Below, one piece after another: positions 8,723 through 18,162 of a stretch of DNA of 40,000 bases. The translations under genes and the position numbers were made by a program. The notes below the pieces were generated by a model. The model was not told where the DNA came from. It was given only the letters and a program-made list of their open reading frames with translations, and did no database searches. This stretch comes from Acidobacteriaceae bacterium (GTDB lineage Bacteria; Acidobacteriota; Terriglobia; Terriglobales; Acidobacteriaceae): NCBI GenBank assembly GCA_035651235.1, contig DASRGC010000061.1, positions 27,263-67,262 of the forward strand, written 5' to 3'. Position 1 is the first letter of the stretch. Each line of letters starts with the position of its first letter.

Positions 8723-11323
8723 ATGGCATCCCTCACATATTCGACGGCGGCTCGGATTGCCACGCGCGAGCTTCGCAGCTCTCCCGGTAAGTTCGCGTTC
8801 GTTCTGCTTTCGGTTGCCGTAGGTGTGGCTGCGCTCACGGGCGTGCGCGGATTTTCCGCGTCGTTCCGCTCCATGCTTCTGCTGCGCGCGCGAAGCATCA
8901 TGGCGGCTGATATCGCAGCGCGCATGATGGAGGCACCCGCGCCAGCCGAGCAGGCGGCGCTGGATAAGCTTTCCGGGCTCGAGGCAACGACGGTCACCGA
9001 GATGCTCTCGATGGCTTCGTCAACCACGTCGATGGATCCGCTGCTGGTCGCGGTCAAAGCCGTCGATCCATCGAAGTATCCGTTCTACGGCGATGTGGTG
9101 CTGCAGCCGGCGATGCCCCTGCGCGATGCGCTCACAGATTCCACTGTGGCAGTAGGCGACGACTTGTTATTGCGCCTGCATCTGAAAACTGGCGATTCCA
9201 TCAAACTAGGCAACGGTAGCTTCCGCATCGCTGCGGTCGTGATGGACGAACCGGATCGGCTCACCGGAACCTTCGCGGCAGGTCCGCGAATTCTGATCTC
9301 GCAGCAGGCACTCGCCGGCACAGGACTGCTTGCGCCGGGAACGCGCGCAACGCGCCGTCTGCTCTTCAAGCTGCAGCCCACCGCCTCTGGTCAACCGGCC
9401 TCCGACGCGCATGTGGCGGAGCTGCGTAGCCAGTTGGAAACGATCTTGCCGGAGGCGCAGGTCAGCGATTACAGGGAAGCGAACCCATCGATTACGCGCG
9501 CTCTCGACGGAGCGACGGGCTTGCTCTCGTTAATGTCGCTGGTTGCGCTCGTGCTTGGCGCGGTAGGCGTTGCGATGGCGATGCGTGCACATCTCCAGCA
9601 GCGGCTGGACTCGATTGCGATTATGAAATCGCTTGGTGCGGGGTCGTCGCAGATCATTCGCATTTATCTGCTGCAGACGTTGCTGCTTGGGCTGGCCGGC
9701 TCTGTTCTCGGGTTGCTTTTAGGGTTCGCAGTGCAGCTGATGCTGCCGCTGTTTCTCGCAAAGCTGCTTCATCTCACACCAGGGTTCCGACTTGACGGAC
9801 ATGCAGCTCTGCTTGGGCTTGGCGCGGGCATGCTCACCACGCTGCTCTTCACGGTGCCGCCGTTGCTCGACATCCGCAACGTGCGCCCAATCCTTATTCT
9901 GCGTCGCGCAGTGGAGAACGAAGAGTCGCCGCTGTTCACGCGCGCAGCGAAACATCTGCGAGGCTCTGGCCTGCAGCTTCTTGCGACGGCGCTGATCCTC
10001 ATCGGGCTTGCAGCGCTCGCGGCGACGGTCGCGGACTCGCGGCAGATCGGTGGCTGGTTTGCGTTCGGGTTACTTTTCGCACTTCTCGTGCTGCTTGGCG
10101 CCGCCGCTCTCACGCTGCTGCTGCTGAAGATTTTTCTCAACACGACGCGCCGTCAACTTCCGTCGGTGCTGCGTCATGGGCTCGCAAATCTATATCGGCC
10201 AGGAAATCCCTCGGCGGCACTGCTTGCAGCGCTCGGACTGGGCGTAATGCAGATCGCGGCAGTGTCGATGGTGCAGCGATCGATCGTGGGTGAGATGCAG
10301 GCGACGACTGCTGCGAAGCTGCCGAATCTGTTCCTCATTGATATTGCGACCAACGAGGTCGACGGTGTGCGGTCGCTGCTCTCCGGGCAATCGAGCGTAC
10401 AGGGTAAGCCGGAGATTGCGCCCGTGATCTCGGCTCGCATTTCGGCGATCAACGACACGCCGTTTCAGCAGCTTCATCTCAAGCACGCTCCGCGCCGCGG
10501 CGTTATGTCCGTACAACTCACCTGGCCTCCCGCGCCGGATGCGCCTCCGCCTGGCGATAAGGTTGTGTCCGGTAAGTGGTGGACCGCGCAGCAGGCTACC
10601 GACGCCGCGCATCCACTGGTTGCAATCGAGAGACACGCGGCGGACCGACTGAATATCCACACGGGCGATCGGGTCACGTTTGCACCGCAAGATCAGCCGA
10701 TCACCGCAACCGTCGCCGCACTCTACGAGGCTGACAGCCAGCATGCCTTCTCACGCGCGGAGTTCATCCTCCCACAGTCCGCGCTGCGGGGGCTCCCGGT
10801 CACATGGTATGGCGGGTTGCATTGTGATCCCTCTGCAACAGGCCAACTTCGCCGCATCCTCTATCAACACTATCCAACGATCACCGTGATCGATGTTGCC
10901 GCCACGGTAGAAACGGTGCGGCAGGTGCTGCTGCAGATCAGCTACGTAATCCAGTTTTTGGCCGGCTTCAGCACCTTTGCCGGAATCGTGATTCTCGCGA
11001 GCGCAATCGCAGGCACGCGTTATCGCCGCATCCGCGAGGTTGTCGTGCTGAAGACACTCGGCGCGACGCGCCCGCGTATTGCCAGCATCTTCTCGATCGA
11101 GTTCGCCGTGCTCGGTTTGATTGCAGCGGTTATCGGGCTGATCTTTGCGAACGGTCTCGCACGCGTGCTACTCCGCCGCGTCTTTCATTTCGACTACCAC
11201 CTCAACATCGGATGGAATCTTGCCGCGCTCTGCATTACCGCGGCGCTCACCGTAACTGCAGGCTGGCTCGCGAGTCATCGTGTGCTCGGTCAGAAGCCGC
11301 TCGAGGTTTTACGCGAGGAGTAG
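8723..11323 (+). CDS. ABC transporter permease with duplicated FtsX-type domains (YbbP-like)
   Basis: 866 aa with two hydrophobic modules. Each is preceded by the FtsX-family motif (MKSLGAGSSQI and LKTLGATRPRI). Immediately follows the ATPase gene. Confidence 0.85.
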   Translation: MASLTYSTAARIATRELRSSPGKFAFVLLSVAVGVAALTGVRGFSASFRSMLLLRARSIMAADIAARMMEAPAPAEQAALDKLSGLEATTVTEMLSMASSTTSMDPLLVAVKAVDPSKYPFYGDVVLQPAMPLRDALTDSTVAVGDDLLLRLHLKTGDSIKLGNGSFRIAAVVMDEPDRLTGTFAAGPRILISQQALAGTGLLAPGTRATRRLLFKLQPTASGQPASDAHVAELRSQLETILPEAQVSDYREANPSITRALDGATGLLSLMSLVALVLGAVGVAMAMRAHLQQRLDSIAIMKSLGAGSSQIIRIYLLQTLLLGLAGSVLGLLLGFAVQLMLPLFLAKLLHLTPGFRLDGHAALLGLGAGMLTTLLFTVPPLLDIRNVRPILILRRAVENEESPLFTRAAKHLRGSGLQLLATALILIGLAALAATVADSRQIGGWFAFGLLFALLVLLGAAALTLLLLKIFLNTTRRQLPSVLRHGLANLYRPGNPSAALLAALGLGVMQIAAVSMVQRSIVGEMQATTAAKLPNLFLIDIATNEVDGVRSLLSGQSSVQGKPEIAPVISARISAINDTPFQQLHLKHAPRRGVMSVQLTWPPAPDAPPPGDKVVSGKWWTAQQATDAAHPLVAIERHAADRLNIHTGDRVTFAPQDQPITATVAALYEADSQHAFSRAEFILPQSALRGLPVTWYGGLHCDPSATGQLRRILYQHYPTITVIDVAATVETVRQVLLQISYVIQFLAGFSTFAGIVILASAIAGTRYRRIREVVVLKTLGATRPRIASIFSIEFAVLGLIAAVIGLIFANGLARVLLRRVFHFDYHLNIGWNLAALCITAALTVTAGWLASHRVLGQKPLEVLREE

Positions 11324-11328
11324 AGGTG

Positions 11329-11347
11329 AGCGGCGGGTTGACGGGTC
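11329..11347 (+). repeat. extra 19-bp unit: third copy of the 14-mer AGCGGCGGGTTGAC plus GGGT, the first 4 nt of the left TIR
   Basis: 11329..11347 agcggcgggttgacgggtc is a tandem copy of 11348..11366 agcggcgggttgacgggta (18/19 identical). Confidence 0.9.
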
Positions 11348-11361
11348 AGCGGCGGGTTGAC
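11348..11361 (+). repeat. left flanking direct repeat (putative target-site duplication) AGCGGCGGGTTGAC
   Basis: Exact 14/14 match to 26110..26123 in the same orientation. It abuts the outer end of the left TIR. Confidence 0.85.
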
Positions 11362-11397
11362 GGGTAGGGGGATAGGCAGCTGGAAAAGTGCACCCCC
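11362..11397 (+). repeat. left terminal inverted repeat (36 bp)
   Basis: GGGTAGGGGGATAGGCAGCTGGAAAAGTGCACCCCC is the reverse complement of 26074..26109 at 32/36 positions. The outer 14 nt and inner 16 nt are perfect; mismatches are confined to the central hexamer. Confidence 0.85.
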
Positions 11398-11407
11398 ATG
11401 CGACGGA

Positions 11408-11959
11408 TCATACTTCAGCGAGCAAACGGAAATTGGCTGCAGGCAATGTCGAGGTCCGCTGGCGGAGAATGCGATCCGGCAGGGGGCCCCGACACGCGGG
11501 GATGCTCCGAGATTCGGCAGCGGAGAAACGCGGGAATTGAGACGAACCACCTGCGGCGTCCATTATCAGAACGTCAAACCCTAACCGAATAGTCGCCTTC
11601 GCCATGGCCAGAATCCGTGTCCTTCTGATGCCATCGCCGAGGTCTGAAGTTTCACGTGCTCTATCGAGTTGCCGTAAAGTGTCGTCGACCCATGGTACGG
11701 AGCGAGCGGTGTCAAGCTCCCTTATCGACGCGACGAATGGAACTGCAGATTCGCGAACCCCGTTAATGGCGGACTTGAAAGCCAAGCGGGGCGCACGCAC
11801 ACGTGCGATTGCGACACCTACTTGGGCGGGGTTTCCAGCATTACTCCAATCCCGCTCAATCGAATAGACATGTATAGAATTGCTTGCAGCGCAAAAACTG
11901 ATTGTGAGTCGGTCCGTCTCGTTCCTCGTGTTGGAAACCGACCTGTTTTTTAACCTCAA
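11408..11959 (-). CDS. hypothetical protein (183 aa), coding status uncertain
   Basis: Longest ORF in the 590 bp between the left TIR and the mod gene. No recognisable motif and an Arg/Ala-rich composition. It may be a decayed gene or noncoding. Confidence 0.2.
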   Translation of the reverse strand: MRLKNRSVSNTRNETDRLTISFCAASNSIHVYSIERDWSNAGNPAQVGVAIARVRAPRLAFKSAINGVRESAVPFVASIRELDTARSVPWVDDTLRQLDRARETSDLGDGIRRTRILAMAKATIRLGFDVLIMDAAGGSSQFPRFSAAESRSIPACRGPLPDRILRQRTSTLPAANFRLLAEV

Positions 11960-11986
11960 GCAAGTATGAACTGAAAGACTCGAAGA

Positions 11987-13762
11987 ATGCCAACACTCGA
12001 TTGGATCGGCAAGAAGGCGGTCCTAAACCACCATCGCGAGGTCCCGTACCGACTCGTAAAGTGCGATCCGACGATGTCTGTGGGCAATCCAGGCAGCGGT
12101 AATCTGCTCGTCCAGGGCGACAATCTTGTTGCTCTCAAGGCACTGCTTCCCTATTACGCGGGTGAGGTCAAGTGCATCTATATCGATCCGCCATACAACA
12201 CGGGCAATGAGGGGTGGGTCTACAACGATGCTGTGAACAGTCCGGAGATTCGGGAGTGGCTCCACAAACAGGTGAAGGGCGAGGATGAGGACTTGACTCG
12301 CCACGACAAATGGCTCTGCATGATGTTTCCCCGACTCAGGTTGCTAAGCGAATTTCTCCAGGACGATGGCGTCGTTATTGTGAGCATCGACGATTTCGAG
12401 GCATACCGCCTGAGATCGATCATGGATGAAGTCTTCGGTCCGCGTAATTTTATTGCACAACTCGTTTGGGACAAGACACGAAAGAACGATGCCAAATTAT
12501 TTTCCGTCGGGCATGAGTATCTGCTTGTGTATGCAAAATCACTGCCACGTCTCCGCGAGTTGAAAACCGTTTGGCGCGAACAGAAGCCAGGGGCGACCGC
12601 CATCATCGCAAAATGGCAAGAGCTCAAGACCGAATACGGAGACGATTTCGCATCCATTCAGCTGAAACTTCGCGACTGGTACCGAAACCTGCCAGCTGGC
12701 AATCCATCAAAGAAGCTAAGCCGCTACAAATGGGTTGACAAATGGGGACCTTGGCGAGACCGAGACATCTCCTGGCCAGGAGGCGGAGGGCCTCGTTACG
12801 ATGTTCGGCATCCCGAAACGCACCTGCCATGTCTCGTTCCCGAAGCAGGATGGCGATTCGCAAAGCCGGAAGAAATGCAACGCCAAATCGACCTCGGACT
12901 TGTCCAGTTTCGCGATGATCACACTGAGCCCCCGTTCCGCAAGGCACATCTGCTTCCGGTACCGGAAGAGCTAGAGGCCGATCAGAGCGGTCCCAATGAT
13001 GATGAAGACGGCGATCAGGAGGAAGGTACGAACGGTGAACTAGCTGGACTTCAAGTGATGCCTAGCGTCATCTACAAACAGGCACAGGTCTCGGTCAAGC
13101 TGCTGCGAAAGTTATTTGATGGTCGCAAGGTTTTTCCCAATCCAAAAGACCACGAAATACTGATGCGTTTATTTCGCTACATAACAGGCCCCAACGATCT
13201 GATACTGGATGCATTTGCGGGGAGCGGATCTACTGCTCATGCTGTTCTTCAGTTGAACAAGGAAGAAAGCTCGAATCGCAGATTCATTCTTATAGAGATG
13301 AACGAGAAGATTGCTACGGAGATTACTGCCGAGCGAATCAAGCGAGTGATGAGGGGACACGCGGGTCTTCCGGCCCTTGGAGGCAGTTTTCGTTATTGCA
13401 CTATTACGGATGAGCTATTCAACTGCGACGGCCAAGTATCGGATAAGGTCAAGTTCTCTGCGCTTGCTCAACACGTCTACTTCACTGAGACCGGAGAGCC
13501 TCTGTCCACGTCGGTCGACAGAAAACGATCTCCGTTTATTGGAGTCTGCAACGGTACAGCATATTATCTTCTCTTCAATGGCATCCTCGGTGACAAGAGC
13601 GCAAACGGGGGAAACGTCCTGACGACAGCATTGTTACGTGAGCTGCCGGCACACGACGGACCGAAGGTCATTTTCGGAGAGGGCTGCAGGCTGGGAATCG
13701 ACACGCTGAAGCGCAAACGAATCACTTTCAAACAGATTCCCTACGAAATCAAGGTGAGTTGA
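11987..13762 (+). CDS. mod: Type III restriction-modification system methyltransferase (Mod), N6-adenine/N4-cytosine class
   Basis: Motif IV DPPYNTG near the N-terminus and motif I FAGSGSTAHA about 340 aa later, with a long variable (target recognition) region between them. LDWIGK N-terminus. Overlaps the res start. Confidence 0.9.
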   Translation: MPTLDWIGKKAVLNHHREVPYRLVKCDPTMSVGNPGSGNLLVQGDNLVALKALLPYYAGEVKCIYIDPPYNTGNEGWVYNDAVNSPEIREWLHKQVKGEDEDLTRHDKWLCMMFPRLRLLSEFLQDDGVVIVSIDDFEAYRLRSIMDEVFGPRNFIAQLVWDKTRKNDAKLFSVGHEYLLVYAKSLPRLRELKTVWREQKPGATAIIAKWQELKTEYGDDFASIQLKLRDWYRNLPAGNPSKKLSRYKWVDKWGPWRDRDISWPGGGGPRYDVRHPETHLPCLVPEAGWRFAKPEEMQRQIDLGLVQFRDDHTEPPFRKAHLLPVPEELEADQSGPNDDEDGDQEEGTNGELAGLQVMPSVIYKQAQVSVKLLRKLFDGRKVFPNPKDHEILMRLFRYITGPNDLILDAFAGSGSTAHAVLQLNKEESSNRRFILIEMNEKIATEITAERIKRVMRGHAGLPALGGSFRYCTITDELFNCDGQVSDKVKFSALAQHVYFTETGEPLSTSVDRKRSPFIGVCNGTAYYLLFNGILGDKSANGGNVLTTALLRELPAHDGPKVIFGEGCRLGIDTLKRKRITFKQIPYEIKVS

Positions 13763-16386
13763 TGGCCTTACAGCTTAAGAATTACCAGGAGCATTGCCTG
13801 AAAGTCTTGCGTGAGTTTCTGCGGGACGCCGCGAACATCGGCGCAAGGGCTGCATTTAACAAACGTGAGGAACTCCCCGTTAAGTATCGTGAGGTGGCGG
13901 GGTTGCCTGGCCTTCCATATGTCTGCTTGCGGGTCCCCACAGGCGGAGGAAAGACCATTCTTGCGGCTTCTAGCGTAGGAGTTGTAACCCAGGAATTCAT
14001 GCAGTCGGATCAATGTGTAGTCCTATGGCTTGCCCCCACAAGTGCCATCGTCCGTCAGACAATCAATGCGCTTCAAGATCGGACCCACCCGTATAGGCAG
14101 GCTCTGGCGACCGACTTCGGAGGCGATGTTGAGGTGCTGTCGATGGAGGAAGCATTGCGCGTAAGTAGGGCAACTTTGGACGGTGCAACAACCGTGATTG
14201 TGGGTACCCTGGCAGCGATCCGCGTTAGCGACACCGATGGTCGTCATGTCTACGAGACAAATGGAGCGTTGCAGCATCATTTCTCCGGGTTATCGGAGCT
14301 AGAACTCTCCACACTTGAGAAGACCGAAGAGGGAGTAATTGCGTACAGCCTCGCGAACGTCCTCAGGCTCAGGAGGCCGCTGGTCATCATGGACGAGGCG
14401 CATAACGCCCGCACCCCGCTGTCCTTCGAGACTCTGGAGCGGCTGAGTCCGTCGGGCATTCTGGAGTTTACTGCAACCCCGGCGAGCGAAAGCAATGTGA
14501 TTGTTTCGGTGTCCGCCGCGGAGTTGAAAGCCGAGCATATGGTAAAGCTGCCAATTCGGTTGGCCTCTCGTTCCCAATGGAAGGAAGCAGTTGGAGCTGC
14601 CGTCACTAAACAGCGGTTGCTTGAAAACCTCGCGAAAGAGGAGCAGAAGGCAACAGGGGAATACATCCGCCCCATCGTTCTCTTTCAGGCTCAAGCGCGC
14701 AGCGAGCACGAAAACACCGTGACCGTGGAGGTATTGCGCAAGTGTCTTTTGGAAGACTTCAGTATCCGGGAAGAAGAGATCGCTGAGGGAACAGGCCACA
14801 AGTGGGAGTTGCCTGAGAAGCTGTCCGCGGTCGGGCCGGTCAGATTCATCCTAACGGTTTCGAAATTGAGGGAAGGGTGGGACTGTCCGTTCGCATACAT
14901 TCTGTGCAGCGTTTCCAACCTGTCGAGTCGCACCGCGGTTGAGCAGATTCTCGGGCGTGTACTCCGATTGCCCGGGGCCACCACGAAGGTCAATGATGAC
15001 TTGAACCATGCATACGCCTTTGCGACTTCCGCTGACTTTGCACAGGCAGCAAATGGACTTACAGACGCCTTGGTGGAGAGCGGATTTGAGCGCTTTGAAG
15101 CCAAGCAGGTCGTCGAACCCGACCCAACATTGCCGTTTGGCGATATCAAAGGACCGCTTTTTGGGAAGAGCTTCACTGAGACGTTGGTCCAGGCTCCCAA
15201 GCTGCATGCGCTATCCAAAGAGATTCGCGAACGTTTTGCTGTCGTGGAGACTCCCGCGGATAAGCCGGATAGCCCCTCGGTTTTTGAGGTAACGTATTCC
15301 GGGCCACCTCTCACTAATGATGAAAAAGACGACATCAAGCGAGTTTGCGCGTCGGACGAGGACCGCACAGCCGTGGAACGGCTGGTATTGAAATCACGTG
15401 GCCACGCTGTGTACCCGGCGGCTCTGGGCGAGACTCTTTCCGTTCCGATGCTGGCCATAAGATCTGGTGGCCAATTGGACATCTTCGAAGAGCAGTTTAA
15501 GGAAGTGCCATGGGACCTCAGCCAGTGCGATCCCAGACTTACCGAGATTGACTTCAGCATCATTGAGTCCACCGGGAGAATGGCACAGGTTGATGTTGAC
15601 GAGTCGGGCAAGTTGCATGTGGATTTTGTCAGAGAACTCCACGAACAGCTCTCCTTTATCGACATTCGCGGACCGAAAACAGCCAGCGAACTCGCAGCTT
15701 GGTTGGACAGAAATGTTGACCGCAGTGACCGCCGCTATACAACTCAAGCGCAGATGGTGCTTTTCCTACGCCGTCTTGTGGACTACCTTGTCGCTGAAAG
15801 AGGTCTGCCACTGGAGGAGGTTGTTAGTGCGCGGTTCCGACTACGCGATGTCGCATCAGCAAAGATCCGTGATCACCTTTTGCGGGCGCATACGGTGGCC
15901 TTCCAGCAGATGCTGCCACCCAACGATGAAACAGATCTCGAAGTCAGTCCAGCACTCTGCTTCAGCTATCCGGCGGACCAATACCCGGCAAACCCTTACT
16001 ACACTGGCCGATTCAACTTTCAAAAGCACTTTTACGAGAAGCCAGGACAGTTGAACCCAGAAGAAGAAAAGGTTGCCGTATTGATTGACGGAATGTTGGA
16101 GGTCAAACACTGGGTACGGAACCTCGTGCGCCAGCCCGTTTGCTCATTCTGGCTTCCTACTCCCACTGACAAATTCTATCCGGACTTTGTCGCGGAGTTG
16201 AATGATGGCCGGTACATGGTGATTGAGTACAAGGGCAAGGACCGCAAGGACAACGTCGATTCGACAGAAAAGAAGACTATTGGCGAGGTTTGGGAGGCGA
16301 GAAGCAAAGGGCGCTGTGTTTTTCGCCTGGTGGGTATTGACGATTACCGAACTGTATTGCGCTCGGCAGTTGCCAGCTCGTCTTAG
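13762..16386 (+). CDS. res: Type III restriction enzyme Res subunit (SF2 helicase + C-terminal PD-(D/E)xK nuclease)
   Basis: Walker A VPTGGGKT, motif II IMDEAHN, motif III FTATP, motif VI-like QILGRVLR. C-terminal nuclease motif YPDFVAEL...MVIEYKGK. The ATG at 13762 overlaps the mod stop (TGATG). Confidence 0.9.
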   Translation: MALQLKNYQEHCLKVLREFLRDAANIGARAAFNKREELPVKYREVAGLPGLPYVCLRVPTGGGKTILAASSVGVVTQEFMQSDQCVVLWLAPTSAIVRQTINALQDRTHPYRQALATDFGGDVEVLSMEEALRVSRATLDGATTVIVGTLAAIRVSDTDGRHVYETNGALQHHFSGLSELELSTLEKTEEGVIAYSLANVLRLRRPLVIMDEAHNARTPLSFETLERLSPSGILEFTATPASESNVIVSVSAAELKAEHMVKLPIRLASRSQWKEAVGAAVTKQRLLENLAKEEQKATGEYIRPIVLFQAQARSEHENTVTVEVLRKCLLEDFSIREEEIAEGTGHKWELPEKLSAVGPVRFILTVSKLREGWDCPFAYILCSVSNLSSRTAVEQILGRVLRLPGATTKVNDDLNHAYAFATSADFAQAANGLTDALVESGFERFEAKQVVEPDPTLPFGDIKGPLFGKSFTETLVQAPKLHALSKEIRERFAVVETPADKPDSPSVFEVTYSGPPLTNDEKDDIKRVCASDEDRTAVERLVLKSRGHAVYPAALGETLSVPMLAIRSGGQLDIFEEQFKEVPWDLSQCDPRLTEIDFSIIESTGRMAQVDVDESGKLHVDFVRELHEQLSFIDIRGPKTASELAAWLDRNVDRSDRRYTTQAQMVLFLRRLVDYLVAERGLPLEEVVSARFRLRDVASAKIRDHLLRAHTVAFQQMLPPNDETDLEVSPALCFSYPADQYPANPYYTGRFNFQKHFYEKPGQLNPEEEKVAVLIDGMLEVKHWVRNLVRQPVCSFWLPTPTDKFYPDFVAELNDGRYMVIEYKGKDRKDNVDSTEKKTIGEVWEARSKGRCVFRLVGIDDYRTVLRSAVASSS

Positions 16387-16556
16387 GGGTTAAGCACCGA
16401 CCTAATTGACACTCAGCAACTCGGCTCGATCGGGCCTGGGAAGGATGGAGGCAAGACGCGTGGGTCGCGCATTGCAGCGCGCTTCAATAGTTGTCGTAGA
16501 CACAGGCATTCACCACGCGGAATCATTCCGCAACTCAGGATACTCAGGTCACGGCT

Positions 16557-18131
16557 CTAACGTCGGTTAATCCCGACGATCCTGGCGAGCACCATCCAAT
16601 GCCTTGGGTGCGGTAGCCGCCCCTTGCGGATCTCGTTCGCGTAGCCGGGCGATACTCCGAGGGCTTTGACGAGTGCCAGACGGGAAACCGACGGAAGAAT
16701 GGGCTGAATCCGTTTCGAGTAAAAATCCGGAATCAACCACGACGGCTGCGTTGAGGGGTCCCAATCCCACGCCGCCTGCGTGTTGATTGTCTGTGTCGCA
16801 GATCGTTTGGCTTGGGACTCTGGAGCGTGCGAAGTCTCGCGACCTATGCGCGCCACGTTTTGCATGTGCTGGACGCTGTCTGCTTGCCAACAGATGCCAC
16901 ACTGCTTCGATCGACCGGCGAGTTGCGCGCCGCATGACCGGCAGATGTTGATCGGCTGGACGGGAGCCTTAGCTCTAGGAAGCGGATCGGCCCCCTTCAC
17001 TTCTCGCCGATGGCGTTGCGTTAGGCGCGCCGGTAGTTGGAGCGAGCGAGGTTTGCTCGAACGGAAGAGTTCCTGAGCGAACCATTCGGCGACGGGGGCA
17101 ACCAGCCTTGCCCAGGTAGGAGAGGTCTGTGAAAGCCGCTCGGCGAACTGAGCCATCAATCGGCAATTGCCGTTGTGCTCCTCGAAAAAATGGTTCCGGG
17201 ACAGAGGTGCCGACTTGAGCCAATCCAAAAGAAACTTGTCGACCTCTGGCCGGATGGGCTCCATGAGATCGCAGGCCAAGCTGTCACGCGACGGTGTGTC
17301 GACGTGCAATACACCGATGCCAGGATCGAGACCGAGCGTCGCTGCGGCTAACCGCGCTTCCGCTTCGAGAATCGCATAGAGGTAATTCAACATTGCGTTA
17401 ACTGGATTGGCAGCGAGCCGAGGTGAACCAGTCAAAGGAGAAACTCGCGATCCAAATGTCTGCCAGTGAGCGGGGACGCGCGGCAGATCCTTACGCGGAA
17501 ACGCGATCGATAGCGAGCGCCATGCTGCCCAATAGACCTTGGCACCTTTCGACTCGATTAGCCTCAGAGCATTGACGGATCCGACCTCTGCCAATTCCGA
17601 GCGAATTTCTTTGATTGCAAGAGCCGCTGTCTCGTCCTTGAGGTCATCGTTGGCGACCCTTTGCTGACCGGCAAGCTTGCGGTCGACGATCTCTCGGCTG
17701 AGGCGAAATCCCACGCCATTGTCGAGTGCGAGGGATTGAGCGCGTCTGAGCTTGGCTTCAGAAGGACGCACAGGGCCTGTGTTGAGAAGAACCAGACCGT
17801 CGCGTTCAAGCATTGCGAACGAAGCTTTTTGATCAGCGAGCCATCGCAACGCAGACAATGAAACAACACCATCAGTACCGATCACGACGAGGCGTTTGAG
17901 ATCGTGGCCCACGCGTGGCAACCGGCAGCTTCTTCTATCTGAGCCGATGCCATCCTCAACAAGCAAATGACCGCGATCTACACGGACGGATATTCCGTAT
18001 CCCGACAAGACCACGACTCCAAGCCTGGGCTTGATTGGGAGCGCGCCTGAGGCCTCTTTAGAAGCATCATCCTGTCTCTTAGAGCTGCGCACCCTCCTTC
18101 TCGTTGGCGTAGCTAAGCTGCTTATTTTCAT
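16557..18131 (-). CDS. cas1: Cas1-family integrase (casposase-like) with C-terminal zinc ribbon and HTH
   Basis: Cas1 N-terminal beta-domain pattern (VVLSGYGISVRVDRGHLLVEDG ... LKRLVVIGTDGVVSLSALRWLADQKASFAML). Catalytic Glu in LIESKGAKVYW. Core motif NPVNAMLNYLYAILEAE...GLDPGIGVLHVDTPSRDSLACDLMEPIRPEVD (His276, Asp288/Glu291). Extension with CRSC...CGIC (aa 397-414) and terminal HTH (LALVKALGVSPGYANEIRKG). Confidence 0.85.
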   Translation of the reverse strand: MKISSLATPTRRRVRSSKRQDDASKEASGALPIKPRLGVVVLSGYGISVRVDRGHLLVEDGIGSDRRSCRLPRVGHDLKRLVVIGTDGVVSLSALRWLADQKASFAMLERDGLVLLNTGPVRPSEAKLRRAQSLALDNGVGFRLSREIVDRKLAGQQRVANDDLKDETAALAIKEIRSELAEVGSVNALRLIESKGAKVYWAAWRSLSIAFPRKDLPRVPAHWQTFGSRVSPLTGSPRLAANPVNAMLNYLYAILEAEARLAAATLGLDPGIGVLHVDTPSRDSLACDLMEPIRPEVDKFLLDWLKSAPLSRNHFFEEHNGNCRLMAQFAERLSQTSPTWARLVAPVAEWFAQELFRSSKPRSLQLPARLTQRHRREVKGADPLPRAKAPVQPINICRSCGAQLAGRSKQCGICWQADSVQHMQNVARIGRETSHAPESQAKRSATQTINTQAAWDWDPSTQPSWLIPDFYSKRIQPILPSVSRLALVKALGVSPGYANEIRKGRLPHPRHWMVLARIVGINRR

Positions 18132-18162
18132 GCATTTATGATACTCTCCGGGTGCTTGAATG

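Noticed and set aside
14691-15665. 324-aa minus-strand ORF inside the res gene
   Set aside because: It is antisense to a helicase gene with unambiguous motifs, is Ser-rich, and has no motif of its own.
16557-18131. Cas1 gene as part of a CRISPR-Cas adaptation locus
   Set aside because: I found no short direct-repeat/spacer array anywhere in the 40 kb. There is no Cas2-like small gene adjacent and no other cas genes. The context (PolB, TIRs, TSD) fits a casposase instead.
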